This document shows, one piece after another, positions 46,302 to 53,582 of a stretch of DNA of 64,000 nucleotides. The notes below the pieces were generated by a model, which was given only the letters and a program-made list of their open reading frames with translations, did no database searches and was not told the origin of the DNA. The DNA lies in the NCBI GenBank assembly GCA_001464715.1, contig LNDT01000025.1:86612-150611 (forward strand), read 5' to 3'. Position numbers and translations under genes: made by a program. The stretch is from Bdellovibrionales bacterium Ga0074137 (lineage in GTDB: Bacteria; Bdellovibrionota; Bdellovibrionia; Bdellovibrionales; JAMPXM01). The stretch's first letter is position 1. Each line of letters starts with the position of its first letter.

Positions 46302-46669
46302 TTGAGACGAAAAACCGCAGTGTCTTTCTTTGCCTGCGGTTTGATTTCTGTTTCGCCAGCGAGCTGGCTTTCCAATTTGGGAGACGGCGTTGTGCCGGTC
46401 GAGAGCTGAAGCCGTTCAACAGTCGCTTCGAGGGCCGAGAGATCTCCTTGAAGATCTCGAACCAGTGTTTCCAACCGTAGTACTTCGTCGATGATCGCGT
46501 TGGTTTTTAAGAACCAAGATAAGAACTCACGAACTGCGAAAACAAGGCCCATCGCCGAAAGCCCCATGATAAAAAGAACGCCCCAGCCTGGAATTTGAAG
46601 AGCGTCGAAACTTTCGAGCCATTGCGGAAATCGGGTCATAGCATCGAAGGCGCGTTCGGAAAGTAACAT
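46295..46669 (-). CDS. hypothetical membrane protein with a coiled-coil segment
   Basis: TM segment GWGVLFIMGLSAMGLVFAV followed by a heptad-like region. ATG at 46669. Confidence 0.4.
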   Translation of the reverse strand: MLLSERAFDAMTRFPQWLESFDALQIPGWGVLFIMGLSAMGLVFAVREFLSWFLKTNAIIDEVLRLETLVRDLQGDLSALEATVERLQLSTGTTPSPKLESQLAGETEIKPQAKKDTAVFRLNH

Positions 46670-46777
46670 AGTCTTACATTTACCTTGGGCGCGATGGCTC
46701 CGGAAGAACAAAACGGGAGCCGGGCAAAGGCTACAAACGAAACTTCAAGACAGCTGGGCCGAAAGGGCCGAGCGCCT

Positions 46778-47542
46778 CTATTTTCTTTTGGTAGGTTTTT
46801 TCTTTTTGTTTCGAAGAATCAAATAGATGCCGCCCAACAGAAGCAAAGCCGCAAGCGCCATAATCGCCTTGGTCGCAGTGTCTCCGCCGGCATTGCCAGA
46901 GCCCTCTTGGGGAAGTTCTTCGTCCATCCCCATGCCGCCACCGGTGTTGCCGCTGCCAAACATTTCTGAACCTGGGATTCCGACGCCACCACCACCACCC
47001 GTTTGGCCCATGAGGTTTTTCGTCGCAATCACGCGGAGTGATTCGATCGCGCGGTAGAAGTCGGTCGAGTATTTTGAGTAGTGAGTTTTGTGGGCGCTAA
47101 ATGTGATAAGCACCGCGATTTTGTCTTTTGTGGTGGCGAGGTAGCGCGTGAAGTAATTTGGGACTTCACTCGCTAAATGCATACCGTCGATCCATGGGTG
47201 TTGATTGATATTGCGCTGTTCAACCTTAAGAATTTGCGACTGAATTGGCTGTCCAGTTCTTCCGAATATTGAACGCGGTGCTTTGAGATGAGCTTCGTAG
47301 GCGGTCATAGAGTCCGACGGACCGACTTCTTTTGCCGTTAGAATGATAATCGCTTCGCGATTATCTCCGGCGCCAACACCCGTGCGGCAGACCCATTCGG
47401 TTTGTTCTAGTGTGCAGTCCCATCGCTCGGTGAGGTCGAAGCTGACGTAGGCATTTCTGAAGGTCTTTGCCTGGGCGTCGTTGAAGGTCGCAGTGAGACT
47501 GAAGGCGACAAGTGTAAAGACAAGAGTCATCGATGTTTTCAT
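46778..47542 (-). CDS. secreted hypothetical protein with a Gly-rich linker and a C-terminal TM anchor
   Basis: Signal peptide, a GGGGGVGIPG...GGGMGM linker, and the ALAALLLLGGIYLIL anchor. Confidence 0.5.
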   Translation of the reverse strand: MKTSMTLVFTLVAFSLTATFNDAQAKTFRNAYVSFDLTERWDCTLEQTEWVCRTGVGAGDNREAIIILTAKEVGPSDSMTAYEAHLKAPRSIFGRTGQPIQSQILKVEQRNINQHPWIDGMHLASEVPNYFTRYLATTKDKIAVLITFSAHKTHYSKYSTDFYRAIESLRVIATKNLMGQTGGGGGVGIPGSEMFGSGNTGGGMGMDEELPQEGSGNAGGDTATKAIMALAALLLLGGIYLILRNKKKKPTKRK

Positions 47543-47694
47543 ACACCGTTAGCGTGGCATTTTGTGGGCCTAGAAGAAAAGAAGTAGCTGTAAAACGCTG
47601 TGGGCTTAAGACTTTTGTCGGGTCTCGTCTTTGTTCAGGGAATCATTCAGGAATCCAGTGATTTCTGAAGCGAAACGGGTCAAGAATGGGAAGC

Positions 47695-48594
47695 ATGAAC
47701 TTACAACAGCTGATTACATTCTCAACGGTGGTCTCTGAAGGCAGCATGACGGCGGCCGCAGAAAAACTTTTTCTTACGCAGCCCGCGGTTTCTCAGCAAA
47801 TTCGAAACTTGGAAGAAGAGCTGGGTGTTGGGCTTCTTGATCGCGGGGCTCGTCATGCTCGTCCGACGGTTCAGGGGCAGCTCCTTTACGACTACGCTCG
47901 GCGAATTATTCAACTGACTCAGCAGGCCCAGGCCGCAATTCAGACGATGGCAGAAGGCGTGCAAGGAAGACTTCGAATCGGAACGCTCAATTCGCTGGGT
48001 CTTCAGTTAGTCGCGCCGAGTGTTGCTACACTCTTAAAGCATCACAACCGAGTTTCGATTGAGCTTACGTACGAAGACGTCGGAGAAATTTTGACGGCGA
48101 TCGGCGAAGGCCGTCTTGATGTCGCTATTTTGCCGGACATCGGCCCCGAGAAAGCCGAGGCTCTTGGTCTTCAAGGGCGCCCTCTTCACAAAGACGAAAT
48201 GTGGCTTGTCGCTTCGGGAAAAGATCCGTCGTTACCAGAAGAAATTCGTTTCGATCAATTGGATCAACGCCCCTACGTACGGTTGACCGAAAAGTACGAA
48301 GGCTTCGACGAAGGATTTAAATCTCTGCAGACCAAGTCAGGCGTGAAGCTCAATATCGTTTTTGAATCGAACAACGTCGGAACTTTGAAACGGGTGATCG
48401 AAAATGGTCTTGGTTGGGGCTATCTGCCAGCGCACGCCATACGTAAGCAAGTCCGAATGGGACGCCTCACGCAAGTCATCGTCACCGATCTAAAGCACAC
48501 GACAAACGTAGTTTTCTACGCGCGCGACACTTCTCCAGCCGCACAGCTAATAGACGTATTTTTCCGAGTTTTGAAACAGGGCGTATCGTCGTAA
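47695..48594 (+). CDS. LysR-family transcriptional regulator
   Basis: N-terminal HTH LQQLITFSTVVSEGSMTAAAEKLFLTQPAVSQQIRNLEEELG. Confidence 0.85.
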   Translation: MNLQQLITFSTVVSEGSMTAAAEKLFLTQPAVSQQIRNLEEELGVGLLDRGARHARPTVQGQLLYDYARRIIQLTQQAQAAIQTMAEGVQGRLRIGTLNSLGLQLVAPSVATLLKHHNRVSIELTYEDVGEILTAIGEGRLDVAILPDIGPEKAEALGLQGRPLHKDEMWLVASGKDPSLPEEIRFDQLDQRPYVRLTEKYEGFDEGFKSLQTKSGVKLNIVFESNNVGTLKRVIENGLGWGYLPAHAIRKQVRMGRLTQVIVTDLKHTTNVVFYARDTSPAAQLIDVFFRVLKQGVSS

Positions 48595-48599
48595 TTGGG

Positions 48600-48686
48600 C
48601 GCGGCGTTCTCCCAAGTTCCGCGACCTCCGAATCGGGAAACTCGCGTACGCCACGAGCGGAGGGCGGAACTTGGGAGAACGCCGCG
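48600..48686. repeat. long perfect inverted repeat (23-bp arms, 41-nt spacer) between convergent genes
   Basis: cgcggcgttctcccaagttccgc (48600-48622) pairs with gcggaacttgggagaacgccgcg (48664-48686). The spacer itself begins and ends with cctccg / cggagg. There is no T-tract. Confidence 0.6.
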
Positions 48687-48717
48687 ACCAACTCACCCAA
48701 GACCTGTTTCAAAAGTC

Positions 48718-50331
48718 TCAGGTGAGGCGTTTTAGTACTGCGGTGTAGAAGCCGTCGTAGCCGTCTTCGCCGGGCCAGAAATTTCTGTCGGTGACGAGTT
48801 CGAATTTTGGCGTTTTGGGGTTCGACGCGACCGCCGTTTTATTGCGCTGAAGAAATCCATCGATCTGATCACGGTTCTCACTTTTGAGGCACGAGCAGGT
48901 CGCATAGACGACCGTACCGCCCACTTTCGCCATCAACGTATAGTCATCAAGAATTTCAGCTTGAATAATTTTGAGGCGTTCGAGATCGTCGGCAGTCAGC
49001 TTCCATTTTTTGTCGGGGTTTCTGCGAAGTACGCCAAGTCCTGTGCAAGGTACATCGAGTAAAACTTTGTCGGCCGAAGCTTCGAGGCGTTTTATTACTT
49101 TTAGTGAGTCGATGATTTTTGCTTCGTTCGTGTCGACGCCGGCGCGAGCCACTCGACGTCTAAGTTCTTGAAGTTTTTTTTCTTCGACATCCAGTGAAAG
49201 AAGGCGACCTTTATTTTTCATCATGGCACCGATGGCCAATGTCTTTCCGCCGGCTCCAGCGCAGGCGTCGATGACTCTTTCGCCTGGTTTTGCGTCCAGA
49301 ATTTTTGCGACCTGTTGGCTTGCGCCATCTTGAACTTCAAACCATCCGTCCTTGAAAGCGTCGGTGGTGAATACGTTTTTTCTTTCCGCAAGCACCAATC
49401 CGTCATCGGTTTTGAAAGCAGGTCGTGCGGAAATTCCGTTTTCATCTTTGAGACGCACTTGAAGCTGGTCCCGCGTGCACTTTAAGGTGTTGGCTCTTAA
49501 GACCACCGGAGCTTGTGAATTTAGGGCGTGCAGAACTTCGGGCCATTTGGCGCCGATTTCTTTTTCGCCCAATTGATCGATCCAATCGGGGATGGATTCT
49601 AAAATCGCACGGTCACGTTTTGGATCAAGATCGCTCAAGCGGTTGGCGACTTGAATCGGGTCGACCGATTTGAATTCTTCCCACGATGGAAGCGAGGGAG
49701 GATTTCCAAGTTTTATGGACTTTTCAATCAAGTAAGCTGCGAGCCACTTCCACAGATCTTTTGTTTCCAATGCGCGCGTTGGGCTTTCTGTGTCCCATTC
49801 GACAGCGTAGCCAAAACGTCTCCACCAACGAACGATTTCGTAGACCATTTCAGCAAAAGCTTTTCGGTCCCGACCGCCCATATTTTTTTCTGCTTTAAAG
49901 GCACGCTCGATAACTTTGTCAGCGTAGCGTCCTTCAATCACTATCTGTGAAAGAGCCAGTACGACGCCATGAGCGACGGGGCGATGAAGAGGAGCATTGG
50001 CTCCGCGCTCGGCGCGCTCTTCATGACGGAAAGGATTTGCGCCCGGTCGTGAACCCGATGGAATGCCAGATGGAATGCCAGAGTGTGAAATAGGATTTGG
50101 CTGACGAAAACCCGAGGGCCCTGGACGAGGCTCGTCGCGCGGAACGGGACCGCGCGCTTTTTCTGCGTTCTGTGAAAGCCCAGCATTTTTTTTAAACTTG
50201 TCCGCCGCCGAACTGCGCTTAGGCGCCTCAGTGCGCTTAGAAGGTGTCGCACTGGAGGTGCGCTTAGAAGGTGTCGCACCGGAGGTGCGCTTAGAATGTA
50301 AAGACGAGCCCGGTCGCGATGAATGTGCCAT
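48718..50331 (-). CDS. rsmB: 16S rRNA (cytosine-C5)-methyltransferase RsmB/Sun family with a basic repeat-containing N-terminal extension
   Basis: NusB-like region, SAM motif DACAGAGGKT, LLDVPCTGLGVLRRNPD and VYATCS. The N-terminus carries KRTSGATPS KRTSSATPS KRTEAPKRSS. The start is uncertain (the ATG at 50331 overlaps the upstream gene by 41 nt). Confidence 0.8.
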   Translation of the reverse strand: MAHSSRPGSSLHSKRTSGATPSKRTSSATPSKRTEAPKRSSAADKFKKNAGLSQNAEKARGPVPRDEPRPGPSGFRQPNPISHSGIPSGIPSGSRPGANPFRHEERAERGANAPLHRPVAHGVVLALSQIVIEGRYADKVIERAFKAEKNMGGRDRKAFAEMVYEIVRWWRRFGYAVEWDTESPTRALETKDLWKWLAAYLIEKSIKLGNPPSLPSWEEFKSVDPIQVANRLSDLDPKRDRAILESIPDWIDQLGEKEIGAKWPEVLHALNSQAPVVLRANTLKCTRDQLQVRLKDENGISARPAFKTDDGLVLAERKNVFTTDAFKDGWFEVQDGASQQVAKILDAKPGERVIDACAGAGGKTLAIGAMMKNKGRLLSLDVEEKKLQELRRRVARAGVDTNEAKIIDSLKVIKRLEASADKVLLDVPCTGLGVLRRNPDKKWKLTADDLERLKIIQAEILDDYTLMAKVGGTVVYATCSCLKSENRDQIDGFLQRNKTAVASNPKTPKFELVTDRNFWPGEDGYDGFYTAVLKRLT

Positions 50332-51073
50332 TGAACTGCCCGTCGCTAAACAAAAAGAGGTGATTCTTAATGCCGCCCTCGACAAAGATTCCGGTTTCAC
50401 CCCAGACATTGAAGAAGCGTGCACCGCCTAAGAGTTGATAATCCAGGGTGAGCGCAGATTCACCTGCAATCTGATTTCCGAACACTCCCAGGCCAATGCC
50501 TGCACCAAAATACAATGGGAAGCGGCTCGAAGCGTCCGGAAACGTGATCAGGGGAAGGACGCCGAACTTCGTGACGCCGCCTTCGGCCAAATTCATGCGA
50601 GACACGTCAAAGCGAAAGAGCAGGTCCATCGAATTTACCCACTCGCCCATGCGGTAGGTGACTCCAAAATTGTAGCTTCCCACATTGGACTGATTGTCGG
50701 GAGCCCCCCACTTGTAAGCGTTGTCGCTTAAAAACGACCCCACGTGAATTGCTAGATAGTGATCGCTCGTCGTTCCGGCGGCAGGGCCTCGCCGAGCCGG
50801 TGCTTCGGATTCGGTCTCAGCGCCGTCGGGTCGCTTTGGCGCCATGTACTTTACGGCCGCTCGACGCCCAACGCGGGCGGGGGTGTAAGCTTGTGGTCGT
50901 CTTGGCGCTTGCGATGGCTCAGCTTCGGTATCTCGATCAACGGGAAGATCGGCCGAATCGGTGATTTCGATGGCCTGAACCCCGTCTTGAAACTCTTGGC
51001 CAAAGACCTCGGTGTGAAAAATCGATGCGGCAAAAAGTACGATCAAAAACCGATGGGTCACCTGTGCTGTCAT
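50291..51073 (-). CDS. outer-membrane beta-barrel protein
   Basis: The ATG at 51073 is preceded by GGAGG. Signal peptide, alternating hydrophobic beta-strand pattern, and a C-terminal ...GLVFTF ending in Phe. Confidence 0.55.
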   Translation of the reverse strand: MTAQVTHRFLIVLFAASIFHTEVFGQEFQDGVQAIEITDSADLPVDRDTEAEPSQAPRRPQAYTPARVGRRAAVKYMAPKRPDGAETESEAPARRGPAAGTTSDHYLAIHVGSFLSDNAYKWGAPDNQSNVGSYNFGVTYRMGEWVNSMDLLFRFDVSRMNLAEGGVTKFGVLPLITFPDASSRFPLYFGAGIGLGVFGNQIAGESALTLDYQLLGGARFFNVWGETGIFVEGGIKNHLFLFSDGQFNGTFIATGLVFTF

Positions 51074-51207
51074 CTCGACCTCCGCAGCTTCGATTTTGGC
51101 ATTTTTGAAGGCTCGTGAAAACATCTAAACATCCAACAGACACTTCTTCCAGGGGCCCCGGCCTCGTCTCCTTGACGGTCGTGGATTCGCTCCCTAAAGT
51201 GCGCTCC

Positions 51208-51627
51208 ATGTCGCTCCGCCGTCGCTCTCGAGAAATGACCCTTCAGCTTTTGTTTCAACGCGAATTTGTTCCGGGCGAAGGTCTAGAGGCGCGGCCTGTG
51301 AACATGCTCCGCGACTTCATTCACGATTTCGAGATGGAGGCTGAGGTTGCCGATTACGCAGGCACGTTGTTTCGCGGCGTGTGTGATAACCTTCCCGATA
51401 TCGACGGAAAAATCGAGGCCCACGCCCGCCATTGGAAGATAAGTCGCATGAGTTTGGTCGATCTGTCGATTCTAAGAATCGCCATTTTTGAAATCGTTTT
51501 TGCGGTGCCCAATATGAAGCCTGCCATCGCGATTGATGAGGCGGTTGAGCTGGCGAGGCTTTATGGAAGTACGGACTCAGCGTCATTTGTGAACGGTATT
51601 CTTGACCCGATCGCCCGTAGCCTCTGA
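51208..51627 (+). CDS. nusB: transcription antitermination factor NusB
   Basis: RRRSREMTLQLLFQ, ILRIAIFEI and AVELARLYGSTDSASFVNGILD motifs. Confidence 0.85.
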   Translation: MSLRRRSREMTLQLLFQREFVPGEGLEARPVNMLRDFIHDFEMEAEVADYAGTLFRGVCDNLPDIDGKIEAHARHWKISRMSLVDLSILRIAIFEIVFAVPNMKPAIAIDEAVELARLYGSTDSASFVNGILDPIARSL

Positions 51628-51639
51628 CGATCAAGTTAG

Positions 51640-52098
51640 ATGGTTTCAGAGATTTTCTCTTCGACAAGTTACAACAGTGTTTGGACCTCACCTTCGGATG
51701 TTTGGGTCCTTCTCAATCCCGACATGAATCAGTGGACCGAAGAGATCGACTGGTCGCTGGGTATGCTACTTCGCCGCGCGACTTTGCGCCTTGAGAGAAA
51801 GAGAAACGAAGAGCGCCTTCGAGCGTCGGACGGAAGTCCGTCAGGGACAAGTCGTTCCGATGACGTTCTACTTTTAGCGGCGCCTGAGGGCTTACCCGCG
51901 CGCCGCATTTTGGTTCTTCGGCGATCGCGCGGCGAGGATGGCGAGTGGCTTCGCGATCTGGGTCCGATCCTTACGAAATTGAAAGTGGAGACTGTGACGG
52001 TGTTTGCACCAAAAGAATGGCGCCCACCACATGTTCGCCAAATATCCGATATGTCGGATGGGAAATGGGGGCTTCGATGGGTCGAGCCCGCCGGTTAG
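51640..52098 (+). CDS. hypothetical protein
   Basis: 152-aa ORF after nusB. No motif recognised. Confidence 0.35.
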   Translation: MVSEIFSSTSYNSVWTSPSDVWVLLNPDMNQWTEEIDWSLGMLLRRATLRLERKRNEERLRASDGSPSGTSRSDDVLLLAAPEGLPARRILVLRRSRGEDGEWLRDLGPILTKLKVETVTVFAPKEWRPPHVRQISDMSDGKWGLRWVEPAG

Positions 52099-52643
52099 AT
52101 CCGAAAAAATCTTGGTCGAAGTTTGTCGGTCTGTTTAGCGGACTGATGGAGGGACGATCCGAGGAGTCTCCAATCTGGCATTTGGATTCCGTCGACAAGG
52201 TGATTTTGATGTGGCCAAAGTCGGATGAGGCGACTTTTTCCCATTTGAGCCGTCTCTATCGCTACGGGTTTCGCCTTCGAGCCGAGTCGCGCGGTCTCTC
52301 GCTTTTTGAATTTTTCGCGGATGGCGAGATCTACCGTCCCGAAATTCGCTCGAGCAAAATCAATACTCTTCCCCAAAATCTCGTTGCGTCCAGCGAAGGC
52401 ACTTCGTCTCTCCGTCCAGGCCAATGCCGCACTGGGCGGGCGAAACCAGTTCTTGAAGCGCTTGGTTTTCCGGAACTGGACACGGCGGAATCTCACGCCG
52501 TTCAGTTTGCAGGCGTTGGTGGTGAGAGTTGGATTTTTATCGATACTCGCCCAGATCTTTTTCGACGCGAGGTTTCGGCGACCGTGGCTGCACAGTTGGC
52601 CGAAATAAAGGAGGGCCCCGGTCTCGAGGGCCCCGGCCTATGA
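52077..52643 (+). CDS. hypothetical protein
   Basis: This ORF is in another frame and overlaps the previous one. Its stop overlaps the ppsR start (ATGA), which supports translation. Confidence 0.35.
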   Translation: MGRARRLDPKKSWSKFVGLFSGLMEGRSEESPIWHLDSVDKVILMWPKSDEATFSHLSRLYRYGFRLRAESRGLSLFEFFADGEIYRPEIRSSKINTLPQNLVASSEGTSSLRPGQCRTGRAKPVLEALGFPELDTAESHAVQFAGVGGESWIFIDTRPDLFRREVSATVAAQLAEIKEGPGLEGPGL

Positions 52644-53488
52644 GTGATTCGCAGAAGCGGGGAACGATCTACATTATTTCAGACGGTACCGGAGAAACGG
52701 CCGCGACGATGATTCGTGCGGCGCTGGTGCAGTATCAAGACGCCGAAATTAATATCGTGCGATCAAAAAATATCCGCACCGAGGCTCAGGTTGAAAGTGT
52801 GATCAATGACGCTTTCGACAACCAGGGCATCATTATCCACACCGTTGTCAGCGCACAGCTGAAACAAGTCATTCACGAGCAAGCCGCCAGCAAGGGTTTA
52901 AGAACTGTCGATTTGATTGGCCCGTTACTTCAGAACTTGGACGAGTATTTTGGTGGAAAGACGGAAACAAAAAGCGTCGGAATTTTGCGAACCGTCGATG
53001 ATCGCTATTTCAAGCGAATCGAGGCCATCGAGTATACCGTCAAGCACGATGACGGAAAGTGCCTGACGGAACTTGGCGAAGCGGACATTATTCTTGTGGG
53101 AATTTCGAGAACATCGAAAACACCGCTTTCGATTTTCTTGAGTCACAAGGGTTGGAAAGTAGCCAACTTCCCATTGGTTTTAAATTCTACTTTGCCGAAG
53201 GAACTTTTTGCGGTTGATCAAAGAAGAATTGTTGGACTTCTGATCGACACAGATTCTCTCTCTAAAATTCGGCGCAATCGCCTTGAGAAATTTGGACAAG
53301 ATCCGGGCGGCGAGTACGCTCGGTTAAGTTACATCGAAAAAGAAATCGAGTACGCGCAAGATTTGTTCAAACAAAATCGCAGGTGGCCTGTGTTTAATGT
53401 GACTGAACGGGCCCTTGAAGAAACCGCAGCCGAAATCGTTCGCGTGATTTCATCGCGCTTAGGGCTTCCTGACAAAATGAGCTTTTGA
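52640..53488 (+). CDS. ppsR: PEP synthase / pyruvate phosphate dikinase regulatory protein (DUF299 kinase-phosphorylase)
   Basis: ISDGTGETA and P-loop GISRTSKTPLS motifs. Confidence 0.85.
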   Translation: MSDSQKRGTIYIISDGTGETAATMIRAALVQYQDAEINIVRSKNIRTEAQVESVINDAFDNQGIIIHTVVSAQLKQVIHEQAASKGLRTVDLIGPLLQNLDEYFGGKTETKSVGILRTVDDRYFKRIEAIEYTVKHDDGKCLTELGEADIILVGISRTSKTPLSIFLSHKGWKVANFPLVLNSTLPKELFAVDQRRIVGLLIDTDSLSKIRRNRLEKFGQDPGGEYARLSYIEKEIEYAQDLFKQNRRWPVFNVTERALEETAAEIVRVISSRLGLPDKMSF

Positions 53489-53582
53489 GGGTACCTGGTT
53501 CTTTTTGCAGAAGCGCTGCGCAAGATGCGCCGCTTCTGCGTCCGGCTGAAAGCCGACCTTCGGTCGGACGAACCGGGTGCCC

